From the NCBI GenBank assembly GCA_965153355.1, contig OZ231126.1:496001-560000 (forward strand): 64,000 nucleotides of DNA, written 5' to 3'. Source of the DNA: Flaccisagitta enflata. Its lineage: Eukaryota. Made by a program: the position numbers and the translations under genes. Positions 26,431-39,274 of this stretch are shown here, piece by piece; the first letter of the stretch is position 1, and every line of letters begins with the position of its first letter. The notes beneath the pieces are model-generated. The model was not told the DNA's origin. It made no database searches and worked only from the letters and a program-made list of their open reading frames with translations.

Positions 26431-28216
26431 CTTTTTATGTATTCTAGCTCACTCAGCTCATTTAGCTCAGTCCTTTTTTTCTGATTTTTAATGGGATAAA
26501 TACATAAATGTTTTGATATGAGCAAGCAAAAACAAGAAAGTATGCCAGTGAGCATAGCTGATTGTCTGCTTGAGTGATTTTGAGAATTTTAGCTCATCTA
26601 TCTCATTTGGCTCAATCCTATTTTTCTCAGATTTTCAGTGCAACCAATACATACAAGTGCTCTTGATCTGATCTAACAGATAGAAAGATTTGCAGTGATT
26701 GAAAACAAAAGTTTGGTGAAAAGTGACCAATGCTTACGACTTTTTTCCTCGCGGTGACAGTCGCCATTACTGGTATTGGTGGTGACAGATGGAATTTGTC
26801 GGCCCATTGGCATCCGTTTTTGCAGGGTCAACTTACATCATATATATCATATATTATATCATACATTATATATTTTATTATATATTTTCATTGGCAGTAT
26901 CGGTAAAATGCATTCGTGGGTTAATCCGTTTTGAATATCATGAGTACACATTTCTTTTATCAATACATCATTCTCAATAATGCACAGTTACATTATATCA
27001 TCATTTTTTCTTAGATACAGTAAGCGCAGCTAGATTGCACCCGCTGATATAGCATTACCGCCTATAAGGCATACAATCTACAGTCCCATGGGAAATTTTG
27101 CAGTTATGTCTATAATGGCAATAAGGCAGTTTCACTACGTATAAGGCATAATTTTGATCAGTCCCTTGAAATGCGCTCTAGTGAAGCTCAACTGTACACC
27201 ATTTTTGTCATTTTATCCTCAAATTGATTGATTACCTTTCAAGTGGAATTACGTTACTGAGGATTCCCTTAAAAGCGGGAATCTACTGAACTGGTTTTAC
27301 AACAAAATTTTCCAAGAACAGAGCTGGTCTCTTTTGATCTGTCTAACCGGTTCCGACTAGAATTTTTGAGTGTTACATTTCAAGTTCTTAATCCAGCCTT
27401 AACAACTAACACAAAGTGTTGGCAGCGGACAGACGGAGAGACCAACAAACTGACATTCTAGATAGTTATAGGTAGCCTGAAGGAGTGAAACTTTTTTGTC
27501 TGTTTTGCATAGTAGGGATAGAGTATGACACAGCATGTAAATATCAGTCATCGGAGAAGATCTGATACTGTTTTAACTTATGTGTTTTGATATGAGATAA
27601 CGAGGTATGATGCATGATGTTGGCGAGGTTGAAAATGGCAATTCTTAAACGCTTCAAGACCCAATATGATTTTCTGCCAAAATAGGCCGACCTGTAACGA
27701 TTCTTGTAGCCGATCTCTAATGCAGGTTTGTATGAACAAGATGGTCCCTAATATAGGTTTGCATAAATTTGACGTGAAAGAAGAACTTAAGTGTAATTGC
27801 AATCAACTTATATTATGAACTAGCTCTTTTAATCGCAGATGATTGCAAGTTTTGCTCCCTCATCGCTATCTCATTGACGTACAAGTTTTGAAAACGAATT
27901 AAGAACCAAAATCGCTGTAATAATTGTTAACCATCTGTAATAATTGTTAACCATCTGTAATGCGTTGTAATCATCAGAATTTGATAACAGTACAGGGTAA
28001 ATTTGATGATAAGACTCTTGCAATTGAAATGTCATAAGACTGCAGTTTCGTGATTCAATCATCAGGCTGCAATTGCAGTTCAATCGGGTAGTGGTCACTA
28101 ACTCGATCTTTCTGTAAGAAGAAAAGCGTAAAGTGAAATGTTGATTATTGATCTGCAGTCTATTACCAATACGGGTGGATACACGACAACTTTAGACGGG
28201 TGGGTCGGAGTGGAAT

Positions 28217-28434
28217 AACAAGGCCAAATACACGGCTACCCAAGTCGCGTGCGGGTGGGCAGGGGCCGTATTTGAGGTCACTTGATTACTTGGGAAGGAG
28301 CAGTGAGGCAATAGACCGCAAAAAAAAAAATTAGAGTGTGACGGACGGACGGACGGACGGACAGACCGACAGACCGACGGACCGACGGACGGACTAACAA
28401 AGCGGGGTGTAGAGTCGCGTAGCACGCGACTAAG
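28217..28434 (-). mobile_element. HINE/DINE-1-like family B
   Basis: Full copy in the last intron of DNase copy A. Confidence 0.8.
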
Positions 28435-28989
28435 AACGCGAAAAGCGACTTTATGAGAGAATGGACAGATAGAGTCGCGTGTACATGACTTAAAAGGTAC
28501 GTAGGAATGAAAAATAAAGAAAAACATTTCTAAAGTTGTGGGAATAAGAGAAAGAAATGATTAGCAATGAATATGTTGAAAATTTACATGCTGACGAGTA
28601 CAGGTGTCATTCTAACGAGCACAGGTGTCAAATAAGATAATGTATGTCTGCCTCGTATATGTTCATTACTTCTTGTGTATGCACTATGCAGGTGGACTAT
28701 GTATGACTGTGCAAGTGTGGTCTTGACTTATCAAGTCGTCATCAAGATGAAAGAACTTTTGATAATCAAAGACTTTGACAGATTCTTTGATGATTCCGCC
28801 TTTCTCAAGTTGGCCTCGTTTGGAAATGATGAATCTGATTAAATTGTATTTTGTAAGTCATTTATCTATTTCAATTCTTCAATCCTTTCCAGAATGACTG
28901 TACGCGTACAGTATCCGCACTTTGAATTGTTTTGTGATGCATTACGAGGTATGATTCGGAAATCACCGGGCCAACTATCAGAAATATGC

Positions 28990-29370
28990 TTTTTAGTCGC
29001 GTGCTACGCGACTCTACACCCCGCTTTGTCGGTCCGTTGGTCCGTCCGTCGGTCACACTTTATTTTTTATGGGTTTGTGCGGTTTTTGGCCTCACTGCTC
29101 CAGCCCAAATGATCTTGTGACCTCAATATTGGCCCCTGCCCATCCACACGCGACTGGGGTAGCCGTGTATCCGGCCTTGTTAATAAAAAAAGTGTTTTAT
29201 TATCTTTAGTTGCGTGCTACACAACTCTACACCCCACTTTGTCGGTCTATTTGTCCATTGGTCCATCCATCACACTTTACTTTTTTTATTTTTGTAGTCT
29301 TTGGCCTCATCACTCCTGCCCAAATGAACAAGTGATATCAAATGCAGCCCCTGCCCACCCACATGTGACA
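28990..29370 (+). mobile_element. Two tandem HINE/DINE-1-like family B copies (second truncated)
   Basis: 28990-29181 and about 29206-29370. Confidence 0.75.
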
Positions 29371-29650
29371 TGTAACCGACCTTCCTACCTTCCTTCCTTC
29401 CTTCCTTCCTTCCTTCCTTCCTTCCTTCCTTCCTTCCTTCCTTCCTTCCTTTCTTCCTTCCTTCCTTCCCTTCTTCCTTCCCTCCTCCTTTCCTTTCTTC
29501 CTTCCTTCCTTCCTTCCTTCCTTCCTTCTTTCCTTCCTTCCTTTGTTCCTTCCTTCCTTCCTTCCTTCCTTCCTTCCTTCCTTCCTACGAACACGGCCTC
29601 TTATAGAGTCGCTTAGCCAGCGACTAAAAATGGAAGCATTTCTTACACTA

Positions 29651-30249
29651 ACAGGATGTGCACAAAATTTGGTATTTTTTTGGAAAAACATGTAAAAGCC
29701 ATCCTTTAAAGACACTTGTTCATCTAAGTCGAGGTCAAAAAGGTCATTTGATTATTTTTGAATGTTCATCAAAGGATTGGCAGCAAAGATTTGTAAAACA
29801 AGAGTGATGGAGGGCAGGAAAGGCTTTTTTGCAGTGGTCCCAAAAATATTTTCTGTAATGGATAAAGAAAAATTGATGATAGATTCAAGATTGTTGATGC
29901 AGGTTTTTTTAAATGCTTAGACCAATTTTTTAGACAATATGGTTGTCCTGTTTGATAAAAGTATATCAGTGTTCCTTTACACTTTAGCACTATTGGATGC
30001 CAGTCTTTATATTATTTTCAGCTACACAAAATCACTGTTCTTTGCCATATTTCTCCCAGTAAAAATCCCGTAAAATTGAAGAGTATACCTTCAGAAAAAC
30101 TACCTTTTTCGCAAACCAGGGAAGTTATGCACTTAAGCGATCAGTGGGCCTGATTGTGAGATTGTGTTTCAAATTTTTATCTTACTGGGCCATCTAGAAG
30201 TATGGTTTTAGTGATGATATGTAAATACCAAATTTTTTGCTCACCCTGT
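29651..30249. mobile_element. TIR MITE
   Basis: ACAGGATGTGCACAAAATTTGGTATTT ... AAATACCAAATTTTTTGCTCACCCTGT. Confidence 0.65.
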
Positions 30250-30267
30250 TATTAGACACGTGACTAA

Positions 30268-30563
30268 GGGGCCGTTTCTAGTCAGAGACAATCGCGTTTT
30301 TAACCGACCACTCGGTCGCTCGCTACATTTGTTTGATTGCACCACTCACTCTGCTCACTTGCTCCATAGCGCTCCGCTTTGCTACGCTCACTTTTTTACG
30401 CTCACTTTTCTAACCTCACTTCACTTGCTTGCTACATTCAGAGCTCGCTCACTCACTTCGCTAACTCCCTTAAGGAACAGTTGAAATTCTTGATCATGTG
30501 TTCACGCTGTAAACGCGTTCCACAGGAACAAACGCGTTTTTCATCTTCACTAGAAACACGCCC
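30268..30563. mobile_element. PIF/Harbinger (Tourist-like) MITE
   Basis: TAA TSD; GGGGCCGTTTC ... GAAACACGCCC. Other copies at 33039-33606 (interrupted), 36149-36328, 62930-63181 and 20310-20835 (decayed). Confidence 0.75.
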
Positions 30564-30611
30564 TAAGACGCGAAATGACCAATTGACCAGAAAAGAACTA
30601 GAAACCTAAAA

Positions 30612-30716
30612 TCAACAATAACCTGTTGTGGGGGATGTCAACAATAACCTGTTGTGGGGGATGTCAACAATAGCTTGTTGTGGGGGGTGTCAACAATAAC
30701 CTGTTGTGGGGGATGA
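30612..30716. repeat. 26-bp tandem repeat x4 containing a DNase exon end and its donor
   Basis: TCAACAATAACCTGTTGTGGGGGATG at 30612, 30638, 30664 and 30690. Confidence 0.9.
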
Positions 30717-31990
30717 AAACCGAACCACGAAAGGTTCCCATTGAAACGTGTCGGTACAAATTGGCCGATACTGTTGCCGATACTGTTGCTGTAGCTGCTG
30801 TAGTAACGGGGGCTGCTGCTGTAGTAACGACTGCTGTTGCTGCTGTTGTAGCTGCTGTGATAGCTTTTGTAGTTGCTGCCGTTTAACCATCGTCTCGTTC
30901 TCCATTTTCATCCTCGTGGCTTCTGATAATAGGAGAATCCAATGTTTGGTAAGGAAATTTCTTCCCCACAGTATGATATAGGTTTGAATCTTCTTCTTTT
31001 TCTCCTTCTTCTTTTTCTTCTTCTTCTTTTTCTTCTTCTTCTTCTTGTTCTTGTTCTTAATCTTGCTCTTGTTCTTGTTCTTCTTCTTCTTCTTCTTCTT
31101 CACCAATTCCATCTTCCTTTCACAAGTTTTTGTAGCTCTGTTCATCTCTTTCCCTAGAAAGACGGGAGGAAGAAGGGAGGGGATGAAGGAAGGAAAGTAG
31201 GAAGGAAGAAAGGAAGAAAACAAGGAAGGAAGGAAGGAAGGAAGGAAGGAAGGAAGGAAGAAGGAAAGGAAGGAGGGAAGGAAGGAAGGAAAAAAGAATC
31301 AAAGGAATGGGAACAAGTGACGCGGGGTCACAATATCGCTGCAAACGGGTGGGCAGGGGCATCCCACCCCCATCCACACCCCAACTCACCTGCAACACTC
31401 AAACATACAGAAACGCTCGTTTTCTCATGACCAACGGACGGACGGATCAACGGACGGATGGACAAAGCCTCTTATAGAGTTGCGTGTCCGCAAATAAAAA
31501 ATAAAGAAGGGAGGAAAGAAGCCTAGAAAGGAGAAAGGAAGGAAGGAAGTGAGAAAGGAAGAGAGGAAGTGATATAAAACAACTACCACTGTATCATTTC
31601 CCTGAAAATATTTTGAAAAACTTGTGTACTGAGTGTACTGAGGAAAACAAAAAACAATTGCAGGAGCTTCACAAAAAGAAAGAAAAAAAAACTTTTTTTT
31701 TCATTTTCTAGCCTCTCTTCCTCTTTATTTTCCTTCCTTCCTTCCCTTCTTCCTTCCTTCCTTCCTTCCTTCCTTCCTTCCTTCCTTCCCGTCTCTATAT
31801 CTCTTTCTTTCTTTCTTCCTTCCTTCCTTTCTTCCTTCCTTCCTTCCCTTCTTCCTTCCCTCCTCCTTTCCTTCCTTCCTTCCTTCCTTCCTTCCTTCCT
31901 TCTTTCCTTCCTTCCTTTGTTCCTTCCTTCCTTCCTTCCTTCCTTCCTTCCTTCCTTCCTTCCTTCCTTCCTACGAACACGGCCTCTTAT

Positions 31991-32599
31991 GTCGAGGTGC
32001 AAACGAAGACCAAATTAGAAGAGTCAAAACATTTTTTTCAATATTTTGAATTTTACTAATTTTAACTTTTTTCATCAAAGAATATAATTGTTATGTTATA
32101 TTGTTTTCAGTTTTGCATAGAAAATCATTTGTAGATAAAAAAAAGAGTGCTGAGCAAGTGAAAAGGGGAGAAAAAAGAAGGAAATCTAAAGAAAATTTAA
32201 TTTTGCAATTTGACTTGTCTTAAGGAAAATTCTAAGACTCTCTTTAAATGCAGAATTTTGCATTTTCAAAAACATGGCCTCATTTTAAAAACATATAAGA
32301 TAAGGGCCATGTTCTTAGAAATGCAAAATTGTTCAATTTGTTCAAGTCTTAGAATTTTCCCTTCGCAGGTTTTAAATTTTTGCACTACTATATCTAAGCA
32401 ATCTATTATTTCCAATAATTCTTTCTTGTCTTTGCTAATAAATCAAAGCAATGGCTTTATCATGCTAGGGTATCTTTTACTAATAGAATATTATTAAGTT
32501 ACAAAATTATAAATTCCATTTAAAAAATCACAAAATAATAATGAATATACTTATGAGAAGAGACTGAAACCGAAATTTTATCTTCATTTGCACCTCGAC
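31991..32599. mobile_element. TIR element with 4-bp TTAT TSD
   Basis: TTAT|GTCGAGGTGCAAACGAAGA ... TCTTCATTTGCACCTCGAC|TTAT; empty site GGCCTC-TTAT-AGAGTCGC at about 29595-29612. Confidence 0.85.
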
Positions 32600-33607
32600 T
32601 TATAGAGTCGCTTAGCCAGCGACTAAAAATGGAAGCATTTCTTACACTAACAGGATGTGCACAAAATTTGGTATTTTTTTGGAAAAACATGTAAAAGCCT
32701 CTTTATTTTCCTTCCTTCCTTCCCTTCTTCCTTCCTTCCTTCCTTCCTTCCTTCCTTCCTTCCTTCCTTCCCGTCTCTATATCTCTTTCTTTCTTTCTTC
32801 CTTCCTTCCTTCCTTCCTTCCTTCCTTCCCTCCTTCTTTTCCTCTTTTCCTCTTTTATTCTTCTTCCTCTTTTTTCCTTTTTCTCTTCCTCCCCCTTTTC
32901 TTCCTACCAGTCTAGCTAGCTTCCTACGAGCGCCGCTCGCGTGCTCGGGCACTTTGTGACACCCCGCGTATCAGTTCCAAATCTCAAAACATTACGACCA
33001 CTAAAACATGAGTTATAACCATTTGAATACCCGTGTTAGGGGCCGTTTCTAGCTAGAGACAATCGCATTTTAAATGGGCTACTTGGTCGCTCGCTATATT
33101 CGTTCACTCGCACCGCTCACTGCGCTCACTCGCTCCACAGTGTACCCCGTAATCTGGGGTTGCTCGCGGTTGCTCGCGGTTGCTCGGAATTGCTCGGGGT
33201 TGAATCCCAAGTAAACCCCAAGTAAATCCCGAGTTAACCCCAAACAACCCAAGCTCGGGGTTTGCTTGGGGTTTGCTTGGGGTTTGCTTGGGGTTGCTCA
33301 GGGTTGCATTGTTAGAAACAATGTCTAAACTATAAAAAGAAAATAACCTCAACCCCGAGCAACCCCGAGCAACCCCGTGCAACCCCGAGCAGAACCCAAA
33401 CCATTCCAAGCAACCTCGGGGTTTAATCTCACAGTTTTACGTTGCAGAATACCTGGTGCAGCGCTCCGCTTCGCTCCGCTCGCTTCGCTCGCATGCTCCG
33501 TTCACAGGCTAGCTCACTCACTTCGCTCACTCCCTCGTTGGACAGTTGAAAACTTGAAATTCATGAATATGTGTTCACACTGTAAACACGTTCAAGGGGT
33601 ACAAACG

Positions 33608-33701
<94 letters not shown>

Positions 33702-33748
33702 CGTTGTTGTCGTTGTTGTCGTTGTTGTCGTTGTTATTGTTACTGTCG

Positions 33749-33849
<101 letters not shown>

Positions 33850-34157
33850 GCTGTGACATGGCGCTTGTGCGCTCGGAAGGGAATGTTTTGTCTCAGATGA
33901 TGGTGTTATTCTCCCCATATCTCTCCTCACTTATAACTCCTAAGAGTTTGTCTAGGATATGATTTTTATCGTACCTGTAGATAAATCCATATTGTTCTTT
34001 TGATACGGTTCTCCCGAGGCGGTCGCTAAGGATAAGTTCGTATTCATCTGCTTCCTCGCACTTTTAAAGAGTCGTAAATGGTTTATTTTTACAAGATTCA
34101 AATTAGATATCATTCATATATGGGTCTACGTCCATCCGTCTGAGTATTTAACTCTGT

Positions 34158-34213
<56 letters not shown>

Positions 34214-34362
34214 TTCTTTCTTTGACCTGATCATTAAGATCTTGGAGCAGAACTTTTATCCATTTTTGACTTTTGTCACGAATTTCTTGAATCAGAATTA
34301 GATCATAACGAAGAAGAATCTGTAAGGGGATGTTTATATGTATAACATACTGTTAATGTTAC

Positions 34363-34450
<88 letters not shown>

Positions 34451-34625
34451 GCTTATCACTTTGTATATCATACTGATATCTTTAACACCGACAACAACCA
34501 ACGAACTAATTTCATATCTTACCTTGACAAAAACATTCACAACATCATTTAAATGATTCATGTTGCTGTATTTTACCATGACTAATGAATACAATAACAT
34601 CACCGTGTGGCTTCATGTTACCCTA

Positions 34626-35250
34626 CAGTGAGGCGCATAAATAAGTAGCTACTTTTGTAAAGACTATTTTGCTTATTCTAGAAATGATAGGATAGATTTA
34701 TTGGTGATGATATTAAAGGATTTTAAATTTTCTTTAATTTGAGACCAATCCCAAATTTGTGGCTCTTTTTGTTTAGAAGTGACGTTTGTTTGAATAGAAG
34801 CATATCAAAACCATGTTGGGAAAAAGGGACAAAAAATTAGCTCCTTTTTGACAATCAGAAAACTGAGTTGTTTTCTTTAAGCTGATGTCATATGAAAACG
34901 AATCAAGCCACAAATTTCTGATTGGACTAGATTTGTAGAGTTGTCGAAGCTCTTTAAAATACTCATGGATTTGAATTCTTTATTATGATTTGTTTTTGAT
35001 CTATCAATGCAAAACTAAGTCCCTTTTGTGTTTTGCCCGTAGTTGTTCAGTGATAGATTCTTCTGAATTACTTCTACTCTTTGAACTTGTATAAATTCCT
35101 AGCAAATCAAGATATAAGTCTGGGATTGGGCTAGATTTATAGAACTTTCGAGGATCTTTAAAAATCTCACAGATTTTAAGTGTTTTTAAGTGCCAGAACT
35201 GACAAAATTAGCTTTTGAAGGTACTGGCTACTTATTCATGCGCCTCACTG
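34626..35250. mobile_element. Tc1/mariner-type MITE
   Basis: TA|CAGTGAGGCGCATAAATAAGTAGC ... GCTACTTATTCATGCGCCTCACTG|TA. Confidence 0.85.
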
Positions 35251-35670
35251 TACTTATGCATCAGCAATATCATGTTTCTCCGTCTTAACTTAGCTTTTAA
35301 CTAACACATCCATTACATCATTTTGCTGTATTTTACCTTTACTAACACATCCACATCCTTGACTAACACATCCATGAGTAACACATCCTTGACTGACACA
35401 TCCACAACATCATTTTGCTGTATTATTCCTTCACTACCTAACACATCCACATCCTTGACTAACACATCCACAACAACAACTTGTTCTATTTTACCTTCAC
35501 TAATACATCCACAACATCTTCTTGCATCATTTTGCTCTTGGCAAGTCTTGCCAAGGACTCTGATGTTAAAAGCGGCGAATTTCAGAGGAGAATTCCTTTT
35601 GTTGCTTCTCCCCAAATCAGAGCTTATGTCAGCGTCAGACTCATCTTCGTAGCTTAGAAATTAGGCGAAA

Positions 35671-36136
35671 GGGGCAGGGGCAGGGTACAAGGCCAATATG
35701 ATTAGTCGCTGAAGGGGCAAGGTACAAGGTCAATATGATTAGTCGCTGACGGGGCAAGGTACAAGGCCAATATGATTAGTCGCTGACGGGGCAGGGTACA
35801 AGGCCAATATGATTAGTCGCCGACAGGGCAGGGGCAGGGTACAAGGCCAATATGATTAGTCGCTGACGGGGCAGGGTACAAGGCCAATATGATTAGTCGC
35901 TGACGGGGCAGGGGCAGGGTACAAGGCCAATATGATAAGTCGCTGACGGGGCAGGGGCAGGGTACAAGGCCAATATGATTAGTCGCTGACAGGGCAGGGG
36001 CAGGTTACAAGGCCAATATGATTAGTCGCCGACGGGGCAGGGGCAGGGTACAAGGCCAATATGATTAGTCGCTGACAGGGCAGGGGCAGGGTACAAGGCC
36101 AATATGATTAGTCGCTGACAGGGCAGGGCAGGGTAC
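35671..36136. repeat. 37-43-bp minisatellite, about 11 copies, in intron 1 of DNase copy A
   Basis: Unit GGGGCAGGGTACAAGGCCAATATGATTAGTCGCTGAC. Confidence 0.92.
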
Positions 36137-36799
36137 ATGGTGTGAATCAGGGCGTGTTTCCAATGACTGCCAAAAACGCGTTTCTTCCCACGAGGGAGTG
36201 AGCCAAGTAAGTGGACGAGTGGGGCGAAGCGGAGTGCTGTGGAGCGAATGAGCAGAGTGAGCGGTGCGAGTGAACGAACATAGCGAGCGACCGAGTGGCC
36301 GTGATTGTCTGTGACTGGTAACGACCCCTTTGTCGTTTTTTTTTTTCTAGCGGGGAGGGGAGGGGAGGGGCGGCCTTGTGATAGTCTCATCAATCGTCAG
36401 AAGTATGAAGTCATTCCATGAGATAAACCAGGAATTGATGATAGCATAATGCAGTTATTGTGCGCAATTGTGATTAAATGAAAATGACAATTTCTTACTT
36501 GCTGCTGCGAGGCTGTCCTATCACCGCTGCCGACGCGATGGATGCAAAAACTAACACAAACAACCGATTAAAGATGGTTTCAATCTTCATTTCCAAAGAA
36601 TTGTATTTGTTGTGTCACTTCTGATCTTTTGTTTCAAAAATTGCGTTGAAACTTTTGGAGATATGTATAGCTTTAAAGTAGGACCGAGTTATTGTTGTTA
36701 TTACTTTGTGGGACCCTGCAGTACTACTAATTGAGAAAAAAAATACATGTGATGCTGAGATATGACATGGCACAAATTGGTGCCGCTGTACGGACAGTA

Positions 36800-37010
36800 T
36801 CCGTCCGACAAATATCCGTCGAAAACAATCATTCAATGCTACATTCATAGATTGCATTTGCTTAGCAGAATATTGTAAAACATTGTATGCGTAAGTAAAA
36901 TTTGGAAGGCCCATACTGTACAAAAGTTTCAACATAACCTGTTCTGAAGGCTTATTGTGTATGTTCAAAACCGTATTGGCCGACGACCAAAATTTGATCT
37001 ACGGCTTGAG
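36800..37010 (-). mobile_element. Possible non-LTR retrotransposon ORF2 fragment (post-RT region)
   Basis: KLLYSMGLPNFTYAYNV..MNVALNDCFRRIF resembles the Ly..P.L.Ya..N..fRrI pattern found downstream of LINE RT domains. Confidence 0.45.
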
Positions 37011-37154
37011 ATAAGACTTGGTGAGGCTTGTACTGATTTTGTTGTAAAAACTAAACGATTTGAGCAAATCAGCTCTACTTGGTGGCAAATGAAAGCTCTT
37101 TTAAACTCTTTATAACGGTCACCGAGTTTCTTATGTTTCTATAATTTCTATGTA

Positions 37155-37594
37155 CACTTTTTTTTATAAGAGACCAGTTTATAAAAGACATGAGCCTGAG
37201 ATTTGCTGAAATTTGAAGAACAAAATAAGAGAATGTCCAGGCTGAGATTCAGCTTTTGCTATTTTTGAAAACAATTTTATTCAAGTTTCTTATCTAAAAA
37301 ATAAATTCAATTCAAATTTTTCAGAAATTTAGGTTGTTTATCTTTAGAAAAAAACTTCTTTTCTAAGTTTGCCTATGAAATCAGGCATTATATTCAAAAA
37401 ATAAAACAATTATCAATAATATAACAATTATCAAGTTTAAGACACAACTGCTAGGTATTTTTATACAATTTAGACATTTATGAACATTGAACAAATTATG
37501 AACACTTTTAGAGAATTCCAGGCTGAAAACAGACGAAAATTTAAGAACACACAGGCTGAGTTCAAAAAAGCTGTCTCTTATATAAAAAAAAGTG
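37155..37594. mobile_element. TA-flanked TIR MITE
   Basis: TA|CAC(T)nATAAGAGAC ... GTCTCTTATAT(A)nGTG|TA. Confidence 0.7.
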
Positions 37595-37630
37595 TATAGA
37601 AAATATCCAAATGAAGCTGCTGAAATTTCA

Positions 37631-37824
37631 ACAAGGCCGGATACACAGCTACCCTAGTCGCGTGCGGGTGGGCAGAAGCAGTGATGAGATAGACCAACTA
37701 AGCAGTAGGGCAGGAGCAGTAACCCCAAAACTGCCAGTAAACGCCAAGAAAGCAAAGTGTTATGTACCAAACAACCTACCGACGGACAGAACGGGTTGTA
37801 GAGTCGCATGCACCCGACTAAAAA
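37631..37824 (-). mobile_element. HINE/DINE-1-like family B variant
   Basis: ACAAGGCCGGATACACAGC...AGTCGCATGCACCCGACTAAAAA. Confidence 0.75.
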
Positions 37825-38233
37825 CAGAGATCAAAACGAATCATTTTACTCTTTCTGCTGTAAAATCTAAAGGAAAATGAAAATGAAAATGAAAATGAAA
37901 ATGAATCATTTTTTGAAATGAAAATGAAAATGAAAATGAATCCTTTTACTACTTATAATCATTTTACTCTGAAAATGAAAATGAATCATTTTACTCTTTC
38001 TGCTGTAAAATCTAAACGAATTGAGCTACAGAGGTCTGCTTGGAAGCATCAAATCTTTGCAGAGCTTTCTATTGGTCATCAATTTCTCTAGGCTTTATTG
38101 AATAATCTGGCCACAATGTAGGAAAACATGCTGGACTATTAATTTGACCAAAATACTACTTTTTTTGTATGTTTGAGTGTGTGTGGGGGTTGGGGTGTGG
38201 ATGAGGGTTTATTAGAAGTTCATGCTTGACGTA

Positions 38234-38886
38234 AAGCACAAAGTCTATGTAGCACAGAATCACAAAAGTAATGATTATGAGAGTACATTAACTACATTAA
38301 GCACAGTGAGTAAAAAAAAAGAAACATTTACCAACCATATTGATTCCCTCTCTCTAATAGTAAAAGCATGAGCAGTTAATCTCACAGTCACTCTGTATGC
38401 TGGACAATTGTGGCCGTTTTCAGGTATACAATGTTCCTAGTAAAAGAAATTGTTTGATTTGAAAAGTTTCATGATAAATCAGCAATTATTTTTCTACAAC
38501 AGAACATTTTCAGACCATCACAGCCTGCTTACATAACCAAGTCGTAACATTGTATACCATGTTTCATTTCAAGAAAAGATATTTTTTCACCAACAGCCTG
38601 TATTCCTTCTTTACCAATTCCTCTGTCTTATTTATTCTCATCTGCATTATGATCTCCCTCTATCCAATCAAAATCTAATTCCTCTCTATTATGGATGTGG
38701 CTACATATTTGATTCTGAAAAGAAGAGACACAAAACTCAAGGCTCATTTTTTACAGTAAGTTGGTCAACCTAACAGTTGAGAACAAGAGGGACGGAACAT
38801 AAGGTGGCATATAGAGTCAGACAGATCAAGAGGGTCAGATTGGTTTGGTTAGGCCAGGTTAGGTTTAGGTTAGGTCAACTGTGCTA
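38234..38886 (-). pseudogene. Internally deleted tandem duplicate of the 3' part of the XKR gene
   Basis: 38234-38692 matches about 38887-39340; 38693-38886 matches about 42004-42187. Confidence 0.8.
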
Positions 38887-39274
38887 AAGCACAAAGTCTG
38901 TGTAGCACAGAATCACAAAAGTAATAATTATGAGAGCACTACATTAAGCACAGTGAGTAAAAAAAAAGAAACATTTACTAACCATATTGATTCCCTCTCT
39001 CTAATAGTAAAAGCATGAGCAGTTAATCTCACAGTCACTCTGTATGCTGGACAATTGTGGCCGTTTTCAGGTATACAGTTTTCCTAGTAAAAGAAATTGT
39101 TTGATTTGAAAAGTTTCATGATAAATCAGCAATTATTTTTCTACAACAGAACATTTTCAGACCATCACAGCCTGCTTACATAACCAAGTCGTAACATTGT
39201 ATACCATGTTTAGTTTCAAAAAAAGTGATTTCTTCACCAACAGCATGTATTCCTTCTTTACCAATTCCTCTGTC

